A stretch of 64,000 nucleotides of DNA from Paecilomyces variotii (taxonomy: Eukaryota), in NCBI GenBank assembly GCA_004022145.1, contig RCNU01000006.1, one strand, 5' to 3'. Position numbers and translations under genes: made by a program. Positions 26,416-39,300 of the stretch are shown one piece after another (position 1 is the first letter of the stretch; the number at the start of each line of letters is the position of its first letter). Below the pieces are notes generated by a model. That model was not told the origin of the DNA. It saw only the letters and a program-made list of their open reading frames with translations, and searched no databases.

Positions 26416-26832
26416 ATGATAAATGAAGCCGTCATCAATGTGCGGTTCTCATTATACATAGCTCCGAATGATCTATTCCCAAAGGACAGACCGAGAATGT
26501 CTAACCTGATCATAGTTCGGAAGTACCCGGAGTATAATAGACGTCTTGTATGGTTCAGTGAATATCGTACTAAATTCTGACATTTTAGCTCAGAACATTT
26601 CTATGAGGAGCTGTACGTAACAGAAACTTGTCGAGTTCACGTTCCTGTCCTCGAGTTTGAGGTCGGTGCGTATCAGAATAACGATAACTAGATATACTTA
26701 AAAAGAATTCTGAATGAAGGATGGTCCTCCGTACGAGGAACAGGCTTGCTGAGGAAATGGGAGAGAAGCTCCTCCGGAATTTCTCGTAGCAAAGAAATCA
26801 CTCAGAAGCCTCAAAGCCGTATGTGGATCTGA
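26416..26832 (+). pseudogene. Possible gene relic or small spliced ORF of unknown family
   Basis: ATG at 26416. A 57-nt intron at 26532-26588 (GTATAA...CTGAC...TTTAG) joins in frame to give MINEAVINVRFSLYIAPNDLFPKDRPRMSNLIIVRKYPDSEHFYEELYVTETCRVHVPVLEFEVGAYQNNDN. TAG at 26689, after which the frame stays open for 46 more codons. Confidence 0.3.
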
Positions 26833-27572
26833 TGAGCGTCATTAAGACAGCCAGAAAACAGTTATCTAACAACCTTGCCTTTAACTTAAATATGCTCCAT
26901 CTTATGTATTGAGGTCGATGAATGGCACTTTTGTCGAGGCTTTCTTGTGTCCATTCTTGCGGCCGTACGCGCATAAACACCAAGCCTCGATGTTTTACAC
27001 CGGACCACTTGTTTAGGCAGACTATTGAAATCCCCATCAATACGTGTTTCTGTATGCCTCTATCGAAGTCCAGTTATAGCGCTTCAAACCATCCTTTGTT
27101 GCTTGCAGTCCTAACGGAGATTTGAGTCGACACATAGATGGTTACAGTAACAGTCCAAATAAGAGCTGGTAAGCCACTGAAGACGAAAGCTATTCACCAA
27201 AAGAGAGATGGAACAACAGTCCGAGATCTGCTTTAACCATACTAAACGCCAAACGAGGTTTCACTATTTAGTTTCATCCCCTTCAGCTGTGTCACTTTCT
27301 ATTCTTGGCAGTACTCGGCCGTTTTGTATTTCTGAATTAGGCTAGTGGTTTCTTGTTATGGAAACATATCGCATATGAAGCGGTTTCTATTAAATAACGA
27401 GATGATGCTCCCAGTGATGCATTGAACATCAGCTTTCGCTCAAATATTTTCTCTTTTCTTTCTTGCTCGAGTTAATACAGAAGGCCTGGTGCCTGGCATT
27501 CCTTCATTTTACCTTTCCATTCTGCCGACAACAAAAAATCTGCATTGCATCAGCATAATATACAAAATAAAT

Positions 27573-28050
27573 ATGCATAAATTCGGTATTCTTGCTGCTT
27601 TGTTCGTGGGATTCGCATCAGCCCTCCCAGCCCCAGCACCAGCGAGCACAGAAGTCGACCCTAATGCCGTCACCGACACCGTTTGCACAGACCCAGGCGT
27701 GTAAGTTATGTCCATATCTAATTTGGTGGTGTAGCGGCTGAACTCCTATCAGAACATTAGATAGCCACAATATCAATGTCGCGCTTCTCGGGATCTGTGG
27801 TGGCATCGCCGGCTCGATCGAACAATGTCAAGGCGAACCTACCGCTACCAGCGGCGAATCCGGTGATGCTCGATTCGACCTCCAGGCAGAAACGGCTGGA
27901 ACAACAATTATAATCACCAAAGGCCGTTGGGAGCATTGTGTTGCAGCTGCTAGGGCGACATGCGGTGATAGTCCATTCAACAGTACTTGCATCGGAGGGG
28001 CGAATGACAACAAAAATAATGTCTTGTTCCAGCTGAGCCAGAACAATTAG
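27573..28050 (+). CDS. Small secreted cysteine-rich protein, 141 aa, 6 Cys; exons 27573-27700, 27753-28050
   Basis: Signal peptide MHKFGILAALFVGFASALP. GTAAGT...ATCAG intron. Exon 2 reads TLDSHNINVALLGICGGIAGSIEQCQGEPTATSGESGDARFDLQAETAGTTIIITKGRWEHCVAAARATCGDSPFNSTCIGGANDNKNNVLFQLSQNN*. Confidence 0.85.
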
Positions 28051-29623
28051 ATAAAGGGGACATTGCAGATAAACTGAATATTATCTCAACATCATCATCT
28101 TCTTCTTTTTTCCTGCTCATAGATGTAGAAATCAATATGCATAACGATACCCACTTGGACACAAGATACTGGGAGCTCTTGAGCATTCAGGTTTCATGTC
28201 TTCGAGGAAGCTTGCTGCGAGTATCTCCATTGAACGTGGATGAGACACATTGTGGGAGTGGCAGACCGGCCGCAGTCTCAGATGAGACACAAGACCCAGG
28301 GCCCATTAGAAGCGCATGAGAAGACAACCAGAAAATAGCCAGCTTCGAATTTAGATCACCGCCTGACTTCAATATTATAGATTGGTTAGTCCGCCATTCA
28401 GCTTTCTATGGCCCCTTTCGGAAATCAGGGTGTGCAACTTGGTGTATCACTGGAGGCTGCTGATTCCTCACTGAAATTCATATGGAACCTTGCGCCGTCT
28501 ATATACGTACAAACTTTTCCATTCAAATATTGACATTTATGATAGCAGAAATTTGCCTCTATGCGGCACATAAACGAGTGAGATACTAGGGACCTGTGTA
28601 GGTAGGTACCCTCCGATCTATGATCAGATGCTCTATGATAGTTAGAAGCTGTGATGATTAGCACTGTACAGACATACGTCAGTAGACTGAAGAATTACAA
28701 GAACTAGCATTGCCATCCACTCAGAACAACTTATTTACATTAACATTGAAATATCTTCCAGGTCTTAATTACAACGCCATCCTCCGACGAATCACATGAC
28801 TGGAAGTACAGATTTGACCGTGGCGCAGTGCATGCATGCTCGCCACAGAGCCACGTCAGAAGTATTCAAAGTACTCTACAATAACTGACAGGCAACAACT
28901 TTACTCATTTATATTATCATAATTGAAAACACGAGAATATAATGAGGCTACGTGCCCCAACGGCTCTTCGGGCGAGATATGTGTTGACGACGCCAGCTGC
29001 GCCACATCCCAACGGAGACGATGTGTCTCTGCTATAGGAGCTTGTAGCGCAAGGATACGCTTCATTTTGAGTATTGGTGGAAGAACGATCGGTGTAAGAA
29101 TCAGTTCCTTGTGATTGGACGCCTCTCGCTTGAAGTATTCAAGCATGGTGGTAGAAGCGGCGTTGGCAACGTGGAAAATGCATCGGATTTCTTATTCGCG
29201 GAATATTATCGTTTTTATTCCGAGGCGGCACTGACATTGCTGCGGTTGAAATGCAGAGAAGTTTCAGCTGAACACTACCGTAGTGAAGCATGCGTATTAT
29301 CCGATGTTTCTCGAACTCAAGCCGTGACTTGAATAATGATTCCCATTATCCGGCTGTAAGTTAACAAACAAGTATATAGTGGCCAATCAAATAAGAGACC
29401 AAGGGTTTAGTCCTACCAGACATGGTTAGTTACTTTTTACTAACAGCATCAGATAGGGTATTTATCCGTGTTCACCGTGTAATTGCTTGTCAGTTAACAT
29501 TGATTCGGCTAACTGTTATAATAGCAGCATAAACTAAACTAATCAACTGTAATTTGACTATCTAATCGAATAACATTTATTGTTGTCCTATACTGAGCAA
29601 TAATGATAATTAATAACTACCTA

Positions 29624-32600
29624 CAAGCTCTTAGGCCACGCTACGCGTGTCCCGGACTTGCTTACAGATTTTACAGCCAGCCAGTTAATACAGACCTAAA
29701 GCTATTACTTATCTTTAATTTAAGATTTAAATTAGTATATAAGAGCTTTATACATAGTTTTAAGTAGAGAATTTAAAAATATTAGATATAAAACAATTCA
29801 GGTTTAAGGCCCCTAAGGGCCCTAAACTTAAATCCTATAAGTAAATTAAGTAGTTATATAATTAAAAGAATCCCTTTATTCTATACTTTAAAGCAATTAG
29901 CCTTAAGACCTATATAATACCTATATCTATAATTTTATAGTAAAATATCTTAGCATTTACCTTAAGCTTTAGAATTTTAATATTTATATTTATAGTTAGT
30001 ATATATAACTATATTAGCTTAGCATATATATTTAGCTAATAAGAGGGCCTAAAAGTTAGCGGGTCTAAAAAGTTTTAATATTTTTATAGATAGTTATTCT
30101 GCGCAATTATATTAACTTAGTATTTACCTTAAGCTAATAAAAGGACCTAAAAGTTAATAGGTCTAAAAACTTTTAATATTCTTATAGATATTAAGGTATA
30201 AGCTTAAGAAGTAGGTTAGAATAAGTAGAATAAGGAAGTTAATACTAGGACTAGCTATAAGATCTCTATCTAGCTAATTTAGACTAAAATAAGCTATTAT
30301 AGGCAGGCTTAGTAAATAAGATATAGCTTAAAAAGTTTAAATTTAGATTAAGCTATATACTGAAGATATCTTTATAAGATTATATAATACTTTATATAAG
30401 TATTAGCTAATAGATCTCTATCTCTTATATTGGTATTATAATAATATTTCTCTCTTTAAAGTTAAGCTTTATTAAGATTATCCCTTAGCTTTAACTTATT
30501 TAAATAGTAATTATAGAAGTTTATAATAATTTTTTAAATATATTGTAGATAGTATATAGGCTCTTTAATTAAATTATTATAGCCTAATTACTTAATAATA
30601 TATTATAGTTAAGGGCCTTTTTATCTATAATATTTTTATTAGGAGTTTAGAATATCTTTAATAATTTATTTTTTAAGGCTATTAATTTTAATAGGCAGTA
30701 ATAAAGATTATCTTTATTTAAATATAGGGTTTTTAGTAATAAGACAGAATAGGCTAATATTAAATATAGGATAAATATATATTAAGACAGGCAGATTAAG
30801 CTAATAAATATATAGGCTAATAATCTTAGTAATATAGAATAGGCTAAGATTCTTTTAATTAAGTTTTTTCTAAAGGCGTTAAATATAAATATTCTAGGTA
30901 TTTAATTAAATAGACTATCTTATATAATAGTAATAGGCTAAGATTTAGCAATAATTAATCTACTCTTTATAATAGGCTTAGGCAATATAGATCTAAGTAT
31001 AGATATAATCTATAATATCTTATATCTTTTTAATAAAGGCTTTAATATCTCTAATAATAGGCTAGTTTATAGATTAAATAGGCTTAAATCTTATATATAG
31101 ATAGAACCTATAGTTAGTAAAAAAGAATAATATTTTAATAGTTTTAGAATAGTAGGAGTTTAATATAAATTTAGCTAAAGATAATTAGTTAACCTAATTA
31201 TCTTATAGATAGCTAATATAAATATACAGGTATTATTTTAGGATAGTATTTATTCTTTTAATCTAATTATTAGTCTTAAAGTAATAAATAGTAAATAATA
31301 GGTTTATAATATCTAAATATTAAGTTAGGTATTTTTAGAAAGTAGTAATAAATTAGGGGCCTTAATTAAATATTATAGTCTTTAATAGCCTATAAAGCTT
31401 TTATATATAATAAATATATAATTATACTACTCCTTTAATATTATAAATAGTCTAATAAAGAATAAAATATCTTATCTTTATAAGTTAATTTATAATAATT
31501 AATATAGTATTATAATTTTAGCATAATATAAGTCTAGTAATAAAATTTATTAAGATATCTTATTAAAAGTATTTAAGGATAAAAAGCTAGTATAAGACTC
31601 TTTAATAGCCTTTATTTAAGAATATAATATAATAGCAGATATAATAATTCTGGGTCTAGCAATTTATATATTAGTATATATTTAGCTAATAGTACTTTTA
31701 TAAGATTAAGTTATAAAGCTTATATTTTTTAAGGTATTTAGGTATATACTTATTATAATATTCTTATAATAAATAGGTTTTTAGCTTATTATAATTAAGA
31801 ATATATAGATAGTTTTTATAATATAGGTATCTTCCTCTTTACTAGCAGTTAGCTAATATAATTTTAGGGTAATAATTAGCTTTATAATCTAAGGCTTATA
31901 AAATAGACTATATTAAATTATTAGATAGATAAGCTATATTTAGCAGATTTTTAATATTAGATAAGTATTTTAGTTTATTAGGCATAGTAAGGGAATTTAA
32001 CTAATTTTATTTAATAGGCTAGGCTATTTCTTTAATAGGCTAAATAATTTTTTTAGTGGACTAAATTATTTCTTTAGCAGATTAAATAATTTTAATAGAC
32101 TAGTTAGGCGGTAGAGTAAACTAAATAAATTCTCTAAGCTAAATAGATTAATATCTTAGAGCAGATTAAGTAAGTATTTCTATAAGTTTAATAGAATTTC
32201 TAACTTCTTAAGCTATTAGATTAATAAAATAAATATATTTTATTATTTAACTTTTAGTAATAGCTTCTAATTTTAGAGATCTCTAAATCTATAGATTAAG
32301 ATTTTCCTTCTTTAAGACTATCTAGCTCTAATATTATAGCTATTTATCTCTCTCCTTAAGGAGATTCTCTAACCTCCTAGTTAGGGCATTAGGCTTTATT
32401 CTTTACTTTCTAAGTTAATATATAATTTAGAAATTAAACTAAGATAAAAATTTAGATTAATAGGCCTATTACTAGTTTAATAGCTTAATTAATATAAAGT
32501 ATTCTAGATTATAATAGTCTATAATAATTTTAATTAATAATAGTATATTTTTAAGCTTAAGGCGCTATTCCTTAAAGTAGTAAATAATTACTAATAGTTC

Positions 32601-35600
32601 TTTATTATAAATCTTATAATTATACTCTATAGTAAAGAGCTTCTTTAAGAAAAATATAATAGGATATAAGATTCCTTTATTATTATACTAGGATATAACT
32701 TTAGCTAATATATAGTTAGATAAATTAGTTTTAATTATAACCTTATAGGTCTAATTAAATAGCTTTAAGATTAGGGCTTAAATAAATGCTTCTTTTAAGG
32801 TTTTAAAACTAGACTAATAGGCGGGTATTTAATTAAAGGGAACTCCCTTCTAAGTTAAGCTTATAAGTAGTATAATTATCTTAAAAAAGTTATAAATAAA
32901 CTAATAATAAAAGTTACTAAACCTAATAAAGGCTTATATATTAATTATATAGGTTAGGGTCTTCTATTTAATAATTGTTTTTACCTTATCTAAGTCTATT
33001 TTAATATAGTTTTAGCTAATAATAATATTTAAGAACTTAGTCTTAGAGATAATAAACTTACATTTTTAGATTTTTATATATAGGCCTGCTTTATATAGCT
33101 TTTATAAGATAGTATAGATATATTAAATATATTTAAAATAAGTTATACTATATATTAAGATATTGTTAAGATATATAGTATAAAAGATATTAAGGTAATC
33201 TTGCAGAGTATTATTAATAAACTATTAGAATATTGCTAATACTTCTATTAAATTAAATAGTATTATTAGTAATTTAAATAGGCTAAATTAAGTGCGAAAA
33301 GTAGTTAGGTATTTTTATCTCTTTTTAATATAAAGATTATTAAATATAGAATAATATTAATCTTTATAAAGTACTTTATTCCTTTTAGATTATTTAGGGT
33401 CTCTTTAATTAAAGGCAGGGGGTATTAATCTTTAATAGTTATTATATTTAGGGCTTAGTAATTTATATAGATCTATATTTCTCTATTAGGCTTTTTAATA
33501 AATAAAATTAGGGATATAGCAGGTAATAAGCTTAGGCAGATAAATTCCTTTCTTAGGTTTTTTTTAATCTATTCCTTTAGGATTTTTAATTTATTTTAAG
33601 ATATAGTATATAGAGGTTTAAAGAGAAGTAACTTCTTTTCTAGCAGCTTAATATTATAATTATAAGAATAATATAATAATAGGCGCTTAGCCTTCTTAGG
33701 AAAAAAGATATTAATATAATTCTTAAACTTTTTAAATAATAGGTAGGTAGAATCTTTTTTTTAGATTTATTTAATTTTTAAAGCAGTATCTAAGTCCTTT
33801 AAGGTAATTATAAATATTTAGGCATTTTTTTAGGTATAAATAGAATAGGCAGCTAAAAAAATAAAGGCTATATTTCTCTTTTTTAGTTCTTTAGGTTTTA
33901 AGGGTAAGTATTAGGGTAAAGTCTTTAGAGAAATATTATATAGGGTAAGTATTTTAATTAGCTTTAGGGGTATATTATAATTCTTTTAATAATAATTATT
34001 ATTAAAAGCAATATTATAAGCAGTAAATTATAAGTATAGGTTATAGCGCTTTAATTAGGGAAGTCTTAAGATAATAAGATAGTGTACTAGTTAAATAATA
34101 TAGAACTTAGTATCTTTTTTAAAATAATCTTTAATTCTTATATTTATCTAGATATAGTATATAATCTTCTTATCCTCTAGTTCTTTTCTATTAAATATAT
34201 ATAGGGTAATTAGGCTCTTTAAGGGGATAAGCTCTAACTTCTAGTTTTTAGCCTATCTTTAGTTTATAAATTCTTATTCTTTAATTCTAGTATTAAGTAG
34301 GGCATAAATTAATAGGCAAATCTTTTTCTTCTTTTTTTCTAGTATTATAAGTAATATTATTAATTTTAATTATTATAGATATTTCTTAAGGTTAATTCTA
34401 TAAATAATAGCGGTAGAAATTTAAATAATATATAGTTCTTAAGCCTAGCTATAACTTATTCTAAGCTTACTCCTTTTATTAAAGATTAGCTAAGAGATAA
34501 ATTATATAAGTTTAAGAATTAGATTGCCTAAAGAATTTAAGGGCGGGGTTTATATATAGCTATAGTCTAAATCTTCTAATAATTATTTAAGTATAGGTAA
34601 TTTCTAATATAATATTCTAGGGAGCTATATTAGAAGCAGGCGCTAGTTTTATAATATAATAGGCTATACTCTCTTCTATTTAGGCGTTTAAAAATATTTA
34701 AATCTATTAAATTATATAATTATATTAGGGCTAGTTTACTTTTTTATATAGGGCTTTTTTAAGGCTAATTATTATATTTTATAGCTAGGGCGGGACTTAG
34801 AGTAAATAAAAGAGACTAGATATATTAAGCGGGTTTTAAAATAGTAATATAAGTCTTTATAATAAGAGGCTAGTTTATAATATATTAGCAGCGGTAGTTC
34901 TTAAGATCTTACAGGAATTTAATAAATTAGTAATATTTATAACTTAGGGGCTAGCTATATAATAATATTCTTTAAAGTTCTTAACTAATAGTTTATTTAA
35001 GTAAGGTAAATAGTATTTCTTTAGATATTTCTCCTTCTAGTATTAGGCGCTAAAACTTAATAAAGAAGATTTTAAATTCTTTATTAATTTAATAGAGGTT
35101 AAATAATTTATTATATATATTATTTATATAATTAGGATTATTAAATATATGCTCTAAAATATTTAAAATCTCTTAATAATTGCTAAGAATATAGGTCCTA
35201 TCTCTAATATATAGTAATATTTAGATATAAGGCGCATTCTTTAAGCAATTAGTTATATAGGCTATATAGCTCTAGGAGGTTAAGAATTAATCTTAATTAA
35301 TTATTATCTTCCCCTAGATTTAGGCTATAAAGCGCTAAAAGTCCTTTTAGTTACCTTTAAATTTATTAAAATTAGGGAATTTTTCTAAAAGTTTAGGGGT
35401 AAAAGAAGATATAATAGTAAGTATTTTAAATATTCTTACTAGAGTAACTGTAGGCCTCTTAATATTAGGCTTAGATTTAGATATAAATAGAGGTATATTT
35501 ATAGTAGGTATAACTATATAATAGGCCTAATCTCTCTTAAAGATAGCCTAAATATACTATTATTCTTTTTTCTAAAGCTAGGTCTTTTAATATTATTAAA

Positions 35601-36347
35601 CGGCCTTAAATTTAATAACTTCTTATTTAAGTCTTTATTAAATAATAGTAAATTCTTACTAAAGCTTTTAAAAATATATTTTAGCCTAATAATTTATCTT
35701 ATTTATAGCAGTCTTAGCTTTACTAATATATTTATATATTAGGTAATAGTAATTATATTATTCTAGCCTATAGCTAGTAGTAATATATTTAATAAACTCT
35801 TCTAGAGTTATTAGCAGGAATAGGAGAATTAGGGTAAGTATTATTAATAATATTAACTCCTGGGTTAGAGCTATATAGTATTAAAATATAGGCTTAAAAA
35901 GCGGGTTAAAATAAGTAGAATAAGAAAGTTAATATTAGGACTAGCTATAGGATCTTTATCTAACTAATTTAGATTAGAACAGGCTATTATAAGTAGGCTT
36001 AATAAATAAGATATAGCTTAAAGAGCTTAAATTTAGATTAAGCTATATGCTGAAGATATCTTTATGAGATTATATAATACCTTATATAAGCATCAGCCGG
36101 TAGATCTCTATCTCCTATGCTAGCACCGTAATAATAGATAGTTATTCTGTATAATTATACTAGCTTAGTATTTATTTTAAGCTAATAAGAGGACTTAAAT
36201 CTTTATAGGCCTTAAGTAGTTTTATACTTCTAATTGCTCTATACTAATATTTTCTATATTTAAGAGAATCTAATTAGCCTAAGAGACCTAAGAAGACTTA
36301 ATTAGCTTAAGGGACTTAATACTAAAGTTTTATATTATTTACTTAGA
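29624..36347 (-). mobile_element. Non-autonomous Helitron copy A (~775 bp: 29624-30188 plus 36139-36347), interrupted by LTR element E1
   Basis: Minus-strand 3' end ...CACGC-GTA-GCGTG hairpin, GCCTAAGAG, CTTG|T at 29624. 5' end TCTAAGTAAA at 36347. Homologous along its length to copy B, with an internal ~98-bp subrepeat present twice. Confidence 0.75.
30189..36133 (-). mobile_element. Ty3/Gypsy chromovirus LTR retrotransposon E1 (family 1), full length ~5.95 kb, RIP-inactivated
   Basis: 255-bp LTRs at 30189-30443 and 35879-36133, TSD ATAGA on both sides, reverse-complement PPT after 30443, RIPed RT motif YLNNIL (YLDD) near 33155-33175. Confidence 0.9.
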
Positions 36348-39300
36348 TAAGCCCTTAAGCTATACTATATATATCCTAGACTTACTTACAGATTTTATAG
36401 CTAGCCAGTTAATATAGACTTAAAGCTATTATCTTATTTTAAATTTAAATTAGTATATAAGAGTTTTATACTTAGTTTTAAGTAGAGAATTTAAAGATAT
36501 TAAATATAAAATAATTTAGATTTAGGGCCCCTAGAGGCCCTAAACTTAAATCCTGTAAATAAATTAAGTAATTATATAATTAAAAAAATCCCTTTATTCT
36601 ATACTTTAAAGCAAATAGCCTTAAGATCTATATAATACCTATAATTTTATAGTAAAATATCTTAGTATTTACTTTAGCTTTAGAATTTTAATATTTGCAC
36701 CTATAATTAGTATATATAATTATATTAGCTTAGTATATATATTTAGCTAATAAGAGAGCTTAAAAGTTAATAGGTCTAGAGAGTTTTAATATTTTTATAG
36801 ATAGTTATTCTGCGTAACTATATTAACTTAATATTTCCTTTTAGCTAATAAGTATTATAGTGCTAGCATAGAGAATTATATAAGAAGTTATATAATCTTG
36901 CAAAAATATCTTTAGCATATAGCTTAATTTAAATTTAAGCTCTTTAAGCTATATCTTATTTATTAAGCCTGCTTATAATAGCCTATTCTAGTTTAAATTA
37001 GCTAAATAAAGATCTTATAGCTAGTCCTAGTATTAACTATTTTATTCTATTTATTCTAACCTACTTCTTAAGCCTATATTTTAATATTATATAGCTCTTA
37101 CCTAGAAGTTAATATTATTAATAATATCTGCCTTAATTCCTCTATTCCTGCTAATAATTCTAGGAGAGTTTATTAAATATATTATTATTAACTATAAGCT
37201 AGAATAATATAATTATTATTGCTTAATATATAAATATATTAATAAAGCTAAGACTACTATAAATAAGATAAATTATTAGGCTAAAATATACTTTTAAAAG
37301 CTTTAGTAAGAATTTGCTATTATTTAATAAAGACTTAAATAAAAAATTACTAAACTTAAGGCTATTTAATAATATTAAAAGACTTAACTCTAGGAAAAAA
37401 AATAGTAATATATTTAAGCTATCTTTAAGAAGAATTAGGCCTATTATATAATTATACCTATTATAAATATACCTTTATTTATATTTAAATCTAAGCCTAA
37501 TATTAAGAGGCTTATAGCTGCTTTAATAAGAATATTTAAAATATCTATTATTATACCTTCTTTCGCCCTTAGATTTTTAAAGAAACTTTTTAATCTTAAT
37601 AAGTTTAAAGGTAATTAAAAGGATCTTTAGCACTTTATAATCTAAATCTAGGGGAAGATAATAATTAATTAAGATTAATTCTTAATCCTTTAAAGCTATA
37701 TAGCCTATATAATTAATTACTTAAAGGATATACCTTATATTTAAATATTACTATATATTAGAGATAGAACCTATATTCTTAGTAATTATTAAGAGATTCT
37801 AGATATTCTAAAACATATATTTAATAATCTTAATTATATAAATAATATATATAATAAACTATTTAACCTCTATTAAATTAATAAAAAATTTAGAATTTTT
37901 TTTACTAAGTTCTAGTACTTAATACTAAAAAAAGAAATATTTAAAAGAATATTATTTATCCTACTAAAATAAGCTATTAGCTAAAAATTTTAAGAAATAT
38001 TATTATATAGCTAGCCCCTAAGTTATAAATATTATTAATTTATTAAGTTTCTATAAGACCTTAAGAACTACTGCTATTAATATATTATAAACTAGCCCTT
38101 TACTATAAAAACCTATATTATTATTTTAAAATCTATTTAATATACTTAGTCTCTTTTATTTATTCTAAGTTTTATTCTAATTATAAAATATAATAGCTAG
38201 CCTTAGAAAAGCCCTATATAAAAAAATAAACTAACCCTAATATAGCTATATAATTTAATAGATTTAAATACTTCTAAATACTTAAGCAAGAGAGAATATA
38301 GTCTATTATATTATAAAACTAGTATATACTTTTAATATAGCTCTCTAAAATATTATATTAGAGATTACCTATACTTAAATAACTGCTAGAAGATTTAAAC
38401 TATAGCTATATATAAACCCTATCTTTAAACTCCTTAAATAATCTAGTTCTTAGATTTATATAGTTTATTTCTTAGCTAATTTTTAGCAAAAGAAATAAAT
38501 CTAGAATAAATTATAGCTAAGCTTAAGAACTATATATTATTTAAATCTCCGCTACTATTATTTATAAAATTAATCTTAAAAAAATACTTATAATAATTAA
38601 AATTAATAATACTGCTTATAATATTAGAAAAAAAAAGAAAAAGATCTGCCTGCTAATTTATGCCCTGCTTAATATTAGAGCTAAAGGATAAAGATTTATA
38701 AACTAAGAATAGGCTAAAGATTAGAAGTTAAAGCTTATTCCCTTAAAAAGCCTAATTATTCTATATATATTTAATAGAAGAGAACTAGAGAATAAGAAGA
38801 TTATATATTATATCTAAATAGATATAAGAATTAAAGATTACTTTAAAAAAGATACTAAGTTCTATATTATCTAATTAGCACACTATTCTATTATTTTAAA
38901 ACTCCCTTAATTAAAGTATTATAACCTATATTTATAATTTATTATTTATAATATTACTTTTAATAATAATTATTATTAAAAAAATTATAATATATCTTTA
39001 AAGCTAACTATAATACTTACTCTATATAATATTTCTCTAAAAGCTTTATCTTAATATCTGCCTCTAAGACCTAGAAGATTAGAAAAGAGAAATATAGCTT
39101 TTATTTCTTTAGCCGCCTATTCTATCTATATCTAAAAAAATATTTAAATATTTATAATTATCTTAAAGGATCTAGATACTGCTTTAAAGATTAAATAAGT
39201 CTAGAAAGAAGATTTTACCTACTTATTGCTTAAAAAATTTAAGAATTATATTAATATCTTTTTTCTTAAGAAGGCTAAGTATTTGCTATTATATTATTTT

